From positions 1-25,357 of the IMG/VR virus record IMGVR_UViG_3300048850_000003: DNA of 25,357 bases; one strand, 5' to 3'. The position numbers were made by a program, and so were the translations under genes. The notes beneath the pieces were generated by a model that saw nothing but the letters and a program-made list of their open reading frames with translations, was not told the origin of the DNA and made no database searches. The DNA comes from a virus (lineage: Duplodnaviria; Caudoviricetes). Numbering within the stretch: the stretch's first letter is position 1; each line of letters starts with the position of its first letter. This document shows, one piece after another, positions 8,009 through 16,488 of the stretch.

Positions 8009-8718
8009 TAACCCCTCAATTGATTCAATATCTGTTGCCGCAGCACCGGGTTAACGGTCGGCGCGGGAGAAATGGTGGCTTGTGGGGGCGCGCCGTTCGC
8101 AGCGCCAAGCTGGACAGGTTGTTGCTGCTGCCTGCCCTGGCCACCGAAGAGGCCGTTTCCAGACATCTGCTGGCGAAGCATGGCCTGCACCATGGGATTG
8201 ATGCCCTGCGCAGAGCCAGCCACAGGCGCCCACGAGCCCGTCATCCCTGCGGTACTACCCAATGCAGTGCTACCACCGGCCGTCACGCCTGGGGCGGCTG
8301 TAATGGCTCCCGTGCCTCCTGCGACACCGCCAGCGCCGCCAGCAGCACCAGCCGCTCCTCCCCCTGCTGCTCCACCACCAGCAGCGCCGGCAAGCAAAGG
8401 AGCAGCGAAGTACGCGCCTATGGCCGTACCGATTGCGTCTGCCGGCTTGGCTTCCACCGTGTTCATCACGTTGTCGACGGCGGGGATGCGGCGAAGTGGG
8501 TTGATCGCCTTGTCTATCTTCCCGTTGAACTGAGCTACAGGAGCCAGTGCCTGATTCGTCCACTTCGGAATTTGATGAGAGGTGAGATCGACCCACTTAT
8601 CCCCGACGCCCGGAATCATGGCGATAGGGTCGCTGATCTTCTGGCCCTTGCCGCCGAGCAGACCTATGGGCGACTCTTGGTTGTCAGCGCTGAGTGTGTT
8701 GCCGAATAGCCCCATCAC
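8005..8718 (-). CDS. Putative ejection/virion protein, Gly/Ala-rich
   Basis: Coupled overlaps at both ends; hydrophobic AIGTAIGAYFAAPLLAG followed by a Gly-Ala tract. Confidence 0.6.
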   Translation of the reverse strand: MMGLFGNTLSADNQESPIGLLGGKGQKISDPIAMIPGVGDKWVDLTSHQIPKWTNQALAPVAQFNGKIDKAINPLRRIPAVDNVMNTVEAKPADAIGTAIGAYFAAPLLAGAAGGGAAGGGAAGAAGGAGGVAGGTGAITAAPGVTAGGSTALGSTAGMTGSWAPVAGSAQGINPMVQAMLRQQMSGNGLFGGQGRQQQQPVQLGAANGAPPQATISPAPTVNPVLRQQILNQLRGY

Positions 8719-10244
8719 ATCACCTGTGCGTAATCGACCATATCGAAGCCGCTCGCGTGGACTGCAACGGCTTGGGGCATAAGCTTGCGAACGTCATCGG
8801 ACATGACGCCCTCTTCGAGCTTGTCGCTCCAGCGGTAGCGGAACGAGTACCAAGGAATGCCATTGCGAAGCGTGCCGATGCGGCGAACATCCCGTTTGAT
8901 CCTGCGATCCGACATCCCGTAAGCAAGCAACCCAGCACTACCGAGCCCGAACAGGCCGCCCGTGAACTGATTCGCGGATTGTGTCTGCGCGTTGTAGTTG
9001 TTCATCTGCGCCTGGTAGTTGCTGTACACGTTCTGGCCGATATTGGCCGGCGACGTGGAAGACTGCGCAGGGCCCGCGTACCCAGGGATAAGGCTGGCGA
9101 TGGATTGCAGGTTGCTATAGGGCAATTGGCCAAGATTGGCGACTTGGCCGTATGTCCCAGCTTGGGCCCCCAAGTTTTGCCCTTGTTGCCCGTATATGCC
9201 AGCGAGCGCCCCAAGATTGACACCTTGTTGCCCGTAGAGCCCAGCTTGCGCCCCGAGGTTCTGACCCTGCTGGCCGTAGATGCCTGCTTGTGCGCCCAGG
9301 TTCTGACCCTGCTGCCCATACAAGCCCGCTTGCGCTCCGAGGTTTTGGCCCTGTTGACCGATCAGCCCGGCCTGGGTGTTGATGCCCGCAAGCTGGTTCT
9401 GCAGGTTCTGAGCGCCGATCTGGGAGCCGGTCATGATGGCCTGGTTCTGCGCATTGGAGTATGCCTGCTGCTTCTGGTTATTGAAGTTCAGCATTGCGTT
9501 GCTGTATGCCTGCGACCCCGGCGTAAGTCCTTGGTTGGCAAGCTGCGAGGACAGCGACGTTTGCTCTTGCGAGAATTGCGGGTCGAGGTACTGGGTCTGC
9601 GATGCATATGCAGCATCCTGGCCCTTCTGTTGAGCCTGCTTAACCTGGTCCATGTCCATCTGTGAACCGAGGCTATTCAGGCGCGAGTTCAGGCCGCCAA
9701 ACTGGCTATTCAATCCGGCGATGTTGCTGTTTAGGTTTCCATACTGGCTGCTAAGACCAGAAAGGCCGCTGTTTAGGTTTCCATACTGCGAACCGAGGCC
9801 AGCCAGCCCGCTGTTCAACCCAGAGACCTGTGACCCAACACCTGATAGGCTGTTGTTGAGGTCCCCATATTGAGACGCTATTCCTTGGAGTCCGCTTTGC
9901 GCATAAGCGTTAAGGTTCGCACTGTGGCCAGTCTGGCCGAGCAACGAAGACAGCGCTTGCTGAAGTTGAGGATTGGCTGATATGGACGTATTGTAGATAG
10001 GTGCCCCGCTGACCGGGTCAAAACCCACCTGAGTGCTCTGTTGCGACCCGAACGGATTGGAATAGTTGTTGAGGTTCAGCGCCTTGTTATAGGCAGCCGT
10101 ATCCTTATTCGTCTGGGTAGTCGCACCGGCTACAGCATAGGGGTCGGGGGGGTCGGGCGCATCTCCACCACCGCCTTTCCCCCCTCCCCCGTACAGGGTG
10201 AACTGGTCTATCAGCAGGCCCTTAAGCCATTTGGCGATGTTCAT
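8715..10244 (-). CDS. P22 gp7-position ejection protein with 14-aa repeats and a C-terminal peptidase-S74-like domain
   Basis: GGGGKGGGG after a short leader, Q/N/G-rich body, SDRRIKRDV...YSFRY...GVMSDDV...VDY C-terminus; follows the GNAT gene. Confidence 0.72.
   Translation of the reverse strand: MNIAKWLKGLLIDQFTLYGGGGKGGGGDAPDPPDPYAVAGATTQTNKDTAAYNKALNLNNYSNPFGSQQSTQVGFDPVSGAPIYNTSISANPQLQQALSSLLGQTGHSANLNAYAQSGLQGIASQYGDLNNSLSGVGSQVSGLNSGLAGLGSQYGNLNSGLSGLSSQYGNLNSNIAGLNSQFGGLNSRLNSLGSQMDMDQVKQAQQKGQDAAYASQTQYLDPQFSQEQTSLSSQLANQGLTPGSQAYSNAMLNFNNQKQQAYSNAQNQAIMTGSQIGAQNLQNQLAGINTQAGLIGQQGQNLGAQAGLYGQQGQNLGAQAGIYGQQGQNLGAQAGLYGQQGVNLGALAGIYGQQGQNLGAQAGTYGQVANLGQLPYSNLQSIASLIPGYAGPAQSSTSPANIGQNVYSNYQAQMNNYNAQTQSANQFTGGLFGLGSAGLLAYGMSDRRIKRDVRRIGTLRNGIPWYSFRYRWSDKLEEGVMSDDVRKLMPQAVAVHASGFDMVDYAQVM
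9129..9377 (-). repeat. 42-bp coding tandem repeat (AQAGxYGQQGQNLG) x5 plus partial
   Basis: Visible in both DNA and protein. Confidence 0.9.
9660..9884 (-). repeat. 42-bp coding tandem repeat (GLxSQYGxLNSxLx) x5 plus partial
   Basis: Visible in protein and DNA (e.g. ctgtttaggtttccatactg twice, 42 bp apart). Confidence 0.85.
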
Positions 10245-10689
10245 ATACTTCCCTCTTCAATGCTTCCAGATACCGGCCGCCCAGGTACTTGCAGTCTTCC
10301 TTCAGGAGCCCGTAGACAATCATGTCGGTTCCGTCTGCCGCCGCGTGGCGCATCAGTCCCTCGCGCACAAAGCCCAAGTGCTCGTCAAACTTCTGCGCGG
10401 CATAGTTGTCTGCTCGGACGAGCCCCGTAATCCGGCGCACGCCTAGGCTTTCAAACGGATAACGAAAGGACGCGCAGAGATATGCGGGCGTCATCCAGCG
10501 CCTGGATCCGTCCGAGGCCACGTGCATCAGGACGTTCGGGCCACAATGGTTCTGGAACAGGACGCCTGCGATGACCTGGCCGTCTTCCTCCAGACCAATC
10601 GCCGCGCAGCGCTGGTATTCGGTTTCGCCCGTGCGGTCAGCAACGAACCGCATGACGCGCTCGGTGTCGTTCCAGAGAATGCGCCTCAT
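10222..10689 (-). CDS. GNAT-fold acetyltransferase (P22 gp14 position)
   Basis: RRITGLVRADNYAAQKFDEHLGFVREGLMR is a RimJ/RimL-like C-terminal motif; lies between the tail hub and ejection genes. Confidence 0.8.
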   Translation of the reverse strand: MRRILWNDTERVMRFVADRTGETEYQRCAAIGLEEDGQVIAGVLFQNHCGPNVLMHVASDGSRRWMTPAYLCASFRYPFESLGVRRITGLVRADNYAAQKFDEHLGFVREGLMRHAAADGTDMIVYGLLKEDCKYLGGRYLEALKREVYEHRQMA

Positions 10690-12242
10690 AGGACGCCTCC
10701 GCCCTCGTACACCACATCAGTACTGACCCAGTGGGCTTCAATGCCATTGACCGCGATCTGGATGGTTGGGGACCCAACCCAGCCAACACCCGTAGCGCCC
10801 TGCCAACCCATGAATGTTTGAAGATCGCCACCCCACAAGCCAAGGTCCCAGATCGCCGCGTCCCACACGCCGTAAGCGACGGGGGCGAAATTCAGGGCTG
10901 AGTTCGGGATGGTCTGTTCGTAATTGACGTTGATGCCGGCGTAAATCGATGGCGCGCCATTCGTGCGCATGATCGGCCGAAGCATCGTGAAGCGCTTGTC
11001 CTGCTGGCCCGGCGAGAACTGGCTAAACGCCTGCTGTGCGGCACCAGAGATGTTGTCTCCGTCGTCGCTGAAGCCAAACCACGCCAGGCCTACATATCCC
11101 TCTGCGCCGAAATAGATCTGATCGGCCCAGATTTCCCAACTGTTCGCATTCCAGCCCGTGAAGTTGCACCACGCGCCGGTAATGGTGTTCATGACGTACT
11201 GCTGTTGCTGATTCGCCCCTACCGGAACGTTCAGCAGAATCATGTTCGCGGGTGGATAAAGCTGGATGCACCAGCCGAAATTCCCCCCGTACAGCACCGT
11301 CGCGTCCGCGATAGCGCCTTGAATCTTTGCAGTCAGGTTGACCTGCGTATTTACGCGAGTGCTGGAGAGGGCCTGCGACATGGGAGCAAGGCCGTCCTTC
11401 CCGATGTACAGGAGGTCAGAGCCGTACTTCATGAAGCACCGATTACCCATCGGCGTGCCGAGCTGGTAGACCCCGACTAGGGAGAACCCCGAGGCTTGGG
11501 AGGGGTCTGTTCCTCCGTAGACCGCGATTTCGCCCTCGCTCGTGACCCAGGCTGCATAGTTCTGCATGCCGTAGCCACCATCAACCGTCCATGTCCCCAT
11601 AGCGACCAGATAGCCGCCGCGACGAAAGATCGGGGATAGATCGATGGATAGAGCAGCGCCGCCTACCTGGGAGACAGGCAGATACCACGCTCGTAACGAA
11701 GCCTTTTCGACAAACCAGAGCCGGCTTGCGTAGACGTTGATATGGGTTAGCTTCGTCGGGTCAACCCCCGTGATAGAGATCGGGGTGGAAGACGCTGTGA
11801 TGTTCTCCCAGGTCGAACCGTCGTAGATTCTGTAGCCGTCCTCACCGTTGACCATGCATAGAAATGGCCCAGCCAGCGTCGAGAAATTCGTGTAGCTCCA
11901 GCGCGCGGACGTGAGGCCCGTGACAACCGGCGCTCCTACTGCCCCTCCGGACGTGATGTCGTAGATCCCCGATCCAGAAGCAGCAAAGAGCTTCTTCACG
12001 TCTGAGGCGGGGTTGAACGCCATCACCGTATCGACGGCGCCAGGCAGCCCAGTCGCGAACTTGACGAAGCCCTTTCGGGCCATCACGTCCGAGGTAGTCG
12101 GAAACCAATTCGTCAACTTGATCGCGTCGATGGGCGGCATTGCCGCAACCGAGTCGCGCGCATTCCAACCGCCTATAGGTGCCGGGATTGACACCATCGT
12201 CGCAGAGCGAGCCTGCGCAACCCTGGGGCGACGAGGGATCAA
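10686..12242 (-). CDS. Tail hub / packaged-DNA stabilisation protein (P22 gp10 / tail tubular B-like)
   Basis: PAPIGGWN start, beta-propeller-like repeats, 518 aa, follows the adaptor. Confidence 0.75.
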   Translation of the reverse strand: MIPRRPRVAQARSATMVSIPAPIGGWNARDSVAAMPPIDAIKLTNWFPTTSDVMARKGFVKFATGLPGAVDTVMAFNPASDVKKLFAASGSGIYDITSGGAVGAPVVTGLTSARWSYTNFSTLAGPFLCMVNGEDGYRIYDGSTWENITASSTPISITGVDPTKLTHINVYASRLWFVEKASLRAWYLPVSQVGGAALSIDLSPIFRRGGYLVAMGTWTVDGGYGMQNYAAWVTSEGEIAVYGGTDPSQASGFSLVGVYQLGTPMGNRCFMKYGSDLLYIGKDGLAPMSQALSSTRVNTQVNLTAKIQGAIADATVLYGGNFGWCIQLYPPANMILLNVPVGANQQQQYVMNTITGAWCNFTGWNANSWEIWADQIYFGAEGYVGLAWFGFSDDGDNISGAAQQAFSQFSPGQQDKRFTMLRPIMRTNGAPSIYAGINVNYEQTIPNSALNFAPVAYGVWDAAIWDLGLWGGDLQTFMGWQGATGVGWVGSPTIQIAVNGIEAHWVSTDVVYEGGGVL

Positions 12243-13156
12243 TTCGACACCTGCCCGTATCCGCTATCCGGGATCGCGTTCTGGTCGATCAAGACCTGGC
12301 TCAGACGCGGCGAGAAGGAAAGCATCGGAGCTCCCTGCTCCAGCGCCTTACGCAACTCCACTTCAGTGTTGAAGTCCTGCCACAGCGCCGTCGTATCGAA
12401 GTTTTTGACCTCGAAATACTTCAGCTTCGTCCCAATGACCATCATGCGGTCACTGAAGATGCTGGTATCGGTGTCGGCCGTCAGCGATGTCTTTGCATTG
12501 CCCGCAGCGTCATACACCCACGCCTTGGAGATGTACTCAAACCCCAGATACTCCTGGGTGTTCAGGGCCGGCCATATCTGGAAGAAGTTGCCCATGATGC
12601 GCCAGCGAATGCGCGGACCCGTGGCGATGTACCCCGATTTGAGCCATTGCCACTGCTGGGGGCTCTCCGGCCCCAGCATCTCCCAGTGCTTTGACTTGTC
12701 CCATTGCGTCCGATTGACCTGCCGGTCGTAGTCGGTCGGCATCGGGTACTTCGTCTGCGAGATCGAGAGCACAACGCCCGCAGCAGTCTCCTGGACGGGC
12801 TGGCTGATGGTGATTTGATTGGGCGAATCGACGGATACGACGTAGGAATCCTGCGGGACACCGCCGCCAGTCACCATCCACGTGTTCGCCTGCACCCCAG
12901 CCGTAGAGCTAAGGTTGGTGATAACGGGAGAGCCAGTAACCGTGTCTCCCGTCGCCTCGATGAATTGGGTGTAGAACCGATATTCCTTATCCAACTGCTG
13001 CCAGTCGAACTTCGGGACCATCTCGGTTCCCACCGCGTTCATCAATGAAAGGATCTGTTGCGCGTCCTGTGACGTGTTCCCTGCAACGAATGTGGGCACG
13101 ACAAGACCTAGCTCGCCCGTAACCTGCTGGACAAGCTGCAACATTGACGATCCCAT
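12239..13156 (-). CDS. Head-tail adaptor (tail tubular A-like) with an inserted beta domain
   Basis: MLQLVQQVTGELG start, YPMPTDY motif, synteny. Confidence 0.65.
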   Translation of the reverse strand: MGSSMLQLVQQVTGELGLVVPTFVAGNTSQDAQQILSLMNAVGTEMVPKFDWQQLDKEYRFYTQFIEATGDTVTGSPVITNLSSTAGVQANTWMVTGGGVPQDSYVVSVDSPNQITISQPVQETAAGVVLSISQTKYPMPTDYDRQVNRTQWDKSKHWEMLGPESPQQWQWLKSGYIATGPRIRWRIMGNFFQIWPALNTQEYLGFEYISKAWVYDAAGNAKTSLTADTDTSIFSDRMMVIGTKLKYFEVKNFDTTALWQDFNTEVELRKALEQGAPMLSFSPRLSQVLIDQNAIPDSGYGQVSN

Positions 13157-13741
13157 TTACTGCTCCTTGCGAGGGCGGCCAGGGCCGCGCTTTTCCTGCT
13201 GTTCTTCCAGAAGTTCCAAGCGCGCAGCCTGGCGCTGGATCGTGGCTTCCAGATCGAGAATGCGTTGCTCACGTATGGCTAACTCGTCGGCCTGCTTCTG
13301 CGCATACGCCGAGTCCTTGGCCTGCTTGATGAAGGCAATCGCCTTGTTCCGCAGCTCATAGGCACCCATGCCGATACGCTGAATCTGCGCATCCGAGGCT
13401 TCCGCGACTTGCTCCACGGTGTGGAACTCCAGCGCCTTCAGCTTGGCGGCCGTGGCCATGTCGATACGCGGCCAATCCTCGATGGGAGTGCCGCTCTCGG
13501 GGCGGTATTGCTGGTTGTTCTTGTACGCGGCCCACTGCTGCGGGAATTCGTACTGATCGGACTTGCGTGCCGGGCGCTCGATGATGTTGTTCGGATCGCC
13601 AGCCGCAACCTTGCGGATGAAGTCCACCAAGTCGAACTCGGGCTTTCCGGTCTCTTGAGAACGGGCCTCGTTCGGCATCTTCCCAGGGTAAAACTGGACC
13701 CAAATGCCGGCGTGCGGGTTTGCTACATCGGAATCAAGCAT
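13157..13741 (-). CDS. Conserved phage head-region hypothetical protein
   Basis: GGAGAG RBS before ATG 13741; HhH-like TVEQVAEASDAQIQRIGMG; C-terminal RGPGRPRK. Confidence 0.7.
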   Translation of the reverse strand: MLDSDVANPHAGIWVQFYPGKMPNEARSQETGKPEFDLVDFIRKVAAGDPNNIIERPARKSDQYEFPQQWAAYKNNQQYRPESGTPIEDWPRIDMATAAKLKALEFHTVEQVAEASDAQIQRIGMGAYELRNKAIAFIKQAKDSAYAQKQADELAIREQRILDLEATIQRQAARLELLEEQQEKRGPGRPRKEQ

Positions 13742-13754
13742 TGTGGCGCTCTCC

Positions 13755-13784
13755 AAAAAGAAATGGGCCACCCGAAGGTGGCCC
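13755..13784 (-). terminator. Intrinsic terminator after the capsid/decoration genes
   Basis: GGGCCACC-TTCG-GGTGGCCC-ATTTCTTTTT. Confidence 0.8.
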
Positions 13785-13801
13785 GTGCTGCGTTGTGAAA
13801 C

Positions 13802-14095
13802 TTAGACCGATGGGGCGCTGAACCAACCGTAGTCGCCCGTAACCATCCCCGTAGAGGGAGACGTGTACGTGCCACCGGTGGCCGTGGCCTGGAAGGTCGT
13901 GGGGTTGACCGTGCAAACGGCGGTCGAGCCAGGGATGCTGGCGTTCGCGACGGCGAACACATACCGCTTGCCGTCGCTGCCCCAAACCTGCTCGCCCAGG
14001 TTCATCGGGACCGTGCGGGCACCCGACGCGATGTCGGCAGCCGTTACGGTGTTGGTCAGGTCAACACCCGCCTGAGGGGTTACGCTGTAGGCCAT
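13802..14095 (-). CDS. Capsid decoration/cement protein
   Basis: Small beta-rich gene directly after the MCP; GSDGKRYVF and GDYGWF motifs; AGGAG RBS. Confidence 0.65.
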   Translation of the reverse strand: MAYSVTPQAGVDLTNTVTAADIASGARTVPMNLGEQVWGSDGKRYVFAVANASIPGSTAVCTVNPTTFQATATGGTYTSPSTGMVTGDYGWFSAPSV

Positions 14096-14104
14096 GATTG
14101 CTCC

Positions 14105-15109
14105 TTAAGCGATCAGCACGCCGCTGAATTGCGGGCCGCTGGAGGTGAGATTGCCGGCCCAGCCGATCAGCTTCACGATCGCGTCCTGGTTGACGGCTTG
14201 ACGCTCGCCGCCGATGGGGACGAAGTTCCGGTCACGGTGCGGACGGAAGAAGATGTAATCCGTGTTCAGCATCCACATGTGATCGGCAGTCGCAGCCCCG
14301 CCGATACCGCCGTCCAAGACCACATCCATCGAGGAACCGCCGCCGTAGAACTTGACGGCCTGGAAGCCAGCGCCAACGCCACGAGCATCACCTTCGGTCG
14401 TGACACGCTGGATCGCTTGCAGGCTGTTGACGTACAGCGAGAAGTAGTTGTTGTCCGCCACAGCCAGGTCCGGCTTGTCGCGTCCGCGAACCATCTTGAT
14501 CGCCAGAGCGGTCATGTACTGCTGGATGTTGGCAGCCGATACAGCGGCGCCGCCGTTGGTCGTGCCCGAGAACACCTGGGAGCGCCAGAACGGGAACGAG
14601 GCGCGGTTGATGCCGCCATACGTACCCGAAGCCGGGGCGTCCGGGATCGCAGCCGCAAGCCCGGTGATGTTCTTTCCGGAGTTGCCCGTGCCATCCAGGT
14701 AGATGTCCGTGGCGATGCGGTTCATCAGTTGCTTCTCAGCAACGGCCATGCGACCGTCCAGCAGGTCGATGATGCGCTCCTTGCCCGCGTTCTGGAGCAT
14801 TTCCAGACCGGAGATGGTGACCGCAGCAGCATATTGCTGGATGTTGAACTGCGCCGCAGACAGCGGGCTGTTCGGGCTGATGTTCAGAACCTCGTACCCC
14901 GAATAGGAGTTGACATTCTGAGTGGTGGCGTCGGTGTACATGATTTCTTCCAAAATCACGTTACCGCCGGAGAAGGGACGCACGTTACCCCGCTCACGCA
15001 GGCGTGCAAGCAGCGCATTGTTGTTCAGCACGTTGTCCGCGAGCTCACCGCTACGGGACTGAATCGTGGTCGCAATAATGTCGCTGATAGCGCTATTGGC
15101 AAAAGCCAT
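14105..15109 (-). CDS. Major capsid protein (HK97 fold)
   Basis: 334 aa; DNVLNNNALL, YSGYEVL, IYLDGTGNSGKNITGL, YGGINR motifs; AGGAG RBS; follows the scaffold. Confidence 0.88.
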   Translation of the reverse strand: MAFANSAISDIIATTIQSRSGELADNVLNNNALLARLRERGNVRPFSGGNVILEEIMYTDATTQNVNSYSGYEVLNISPNSPLSAAQFNIQQYAAAVTISGLEMLQNAGKERIIDLLDGRMAVAEKQLMNRIATDIYLDGTGNSGKNITGLAAAIPDAPASGTYGGINRASFPFWRSQVFSGTTNGGAAVSAANIQQYMTALAIKMVRGRDKPDLAVADNNYFSLYVNSLQAIQRVTTEGDARGVGAGFQAVKFYGGGSSMDVVLDGGIGGAATADHMWMLNTDYIFFRPHRDRNFVPIGGERQAVNQDAIVKLIGWAGNLTSSGPQFSGVLIA

Positions 15110-15129
15110 GGTTTGCTCCTATCAGAAAA

Positions 15130-16113
15130 TTAAAGTCGGCCGTCAAAGCTACTGAGTTGTTCAGCGAGAATCGACCGCCGGTCCTTTGCGCCGTTGTTCA
15201 TCGCCGTCGCGCCGGGTGTGGCACTTCTGGGACTAACTGCGGATGCGCGAGCCGCTTTCGCGGCTTTGTCTGCCTGTTCCCTGCGGGACTTTTCCTCTTG
15301 CTCGCGTTGTTGCGCTTGCTGTTGGGCCCACAGGTCATCATTCAGACGCAAGGCTTTTTGATAAGCCTGTTCAAGATCGGTCACGCCCATGTTCCAGAGC
15401 ATGCCCATTTGCTCCCGTACAGCCTCAAAATGCGGATGCGTCTTGGCGAATTCAGCGAGGATGTTGTTCGCCTGTATCGCCACCGCTTGCTCTTGCTGCT
15501 GTTGGAAGGTGCTGACGGTGCCCTTGACCTGATTCAACTCATTCAGGACTTGGGCTATCTGGGGGTCAACTTGTGGTTGCTCCCCGGGATTCGTTAACTG
15601 CTGGACCGGGACGCCATAGGCCTTCCCGATGTTCATCCAGACGTTGAACTTGGTCTGAGGGTCGCCCGTCTTCAGCGCCTGGGCGGTCCGGAAGAAGTCG
15701 TTGACGACAAATTCAGGCGACAGGCCGGATTCTTGGATCAACGGCATGTAGGGCTGAATCGCGTTCCAGACCTTCTTCAGGGGCTCAACCCCTCGGTTGC
15801 TCTCTTCCTCGCGCTGGTTGATGTACTCAGCGATCTCCGGATCCAGTGATTCCCACTTGGCGCGCTTCTCAGGCTTCCAGGACTTCGGCGGCTCCGGGCG
15901 CTGGGGCGTCTCCGGCGCTGCCTGGGGCTGCTCCTGAGCGGCCTGCTGGGGCTGCTTCGGAGCAAATCGCCCCGCCTCATCCCGTGGTCGATCCGATACA
16001 GGCGCTTCTGCCGGTGCAGACTCAGCCGCAGGGGCCTCAACCGATACTTCGGGTGCGGCGATCTCTTCCACGCCCTCAAAGGCGTCTGTCAAAGCTTCAT
16101 GGATACCGGGCAT
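15130..16113 (-). CDS. Capsid scaffolding protein
   Basis: Acidic/Pro-rich N-terminus with RDEAGRF, PPKSW motif, Q-rich helices, basic C-terminal helix; immediately upstream of the MCP. Confidence 0.75.
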   Translation of the reverse strand: MPGIHEALTDAFEGVEEIAAPEVSVEAPAAESAPAEAPVSDRPRDEAGRFAPKQPQQAAQEQPQAAPETPQRPEPPKSWKPEKRAKWESLDPEIAEYINQREEESNRGVEPLKKVWNAIQPYMPLIQESGLSPEFVVNDFFRTAQALKTGDPQTKFNVWMNIGKAYGVPVQQLTNPGEQPQVDPQIAQVLNELNQVKGTVSTFQQQQEQAVAIQANNILAEFAKTHPHFEAVREQMGMLWNMGVTDLEQAYQKALRLNDDLWAQQQAQQREQEEKSRREQADKAAKAARASAVSPRSATPGATAMNNGAKDRRSILAEQLSSFDGRL

Positions 16114-16132
16114 TGTGTTGACCCTTCAGACG

Positions 16133-16156
16133 TAAAAAAACCGCCGTTAGGCGGTT
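16133..16156 (-). terminator. Intrinsic terminator overlapping the Zn-ribbon gene stop
   Basis: AACCGCC-TAAC-GGCGGTT-TTTTT. Confidence 0.75.
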
Positions 16157-16488
16157 AGTTGTTGGACCTTCTGGATAAGCATCTCTTTTCGTCGCTTGTG
16201 TGACTCTGGAGACGGCTCTAAGGTGATTCCCTTCAGGTGCTTGGTTTCGTTGCCGATCTCCAAGCAGCCGTGGTCTTTGAGATGCGTTCGATGCTGGGAG
16301 CGAGAGGTAATCATCTCCCCCGTAATCATCGAGCGGTACGGCTGGATATCAGCCGTCACCATCGCCGGCATGACCTTTCGGTGCATCTTCTGCCCGCAGC
16401 ATTCAGGCAGGTTGTCGTAGTCCTTCAGCGAGCGGAAGATGTCGTCCTCGGACTCGCATACATCGCAGCGGATGCGGTAGATCGGCAT
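16147..16488 (-). CDS. FmdB-like zinc-ribbon protein
   Basis: MPIYRIRCDVC...PECCG; abuts the portal stop. Confidence 0.7.
   Translation of the reverse strand: MPIYRIRCDVCESEDDIFRSLKDYDNLPECCGQKMHRKVMPAMVTADIQPYRSMITGEMITSRSQHRTHLKDHGCLEIGNETKHLKGITLEPSPESHKRRKEMLIQKVQQLTA

Noticed and set aside
9129-9377. 42-bp repeats as a CRISPR array
   Set aside because: Contiguous in-frame coding repeats with synonymous variation, no unique spacers and no cas genes.
14129-15133. 334-aa + strand ORF antisense to the capsid gene (similar cases: 8694-9665, 16237-17283, 18115-19002, 23459-24706)
   Set aside because: Shadow ORFs expected from GC-rich codon bias on the opposite strand; no motifs or expression signals seen.
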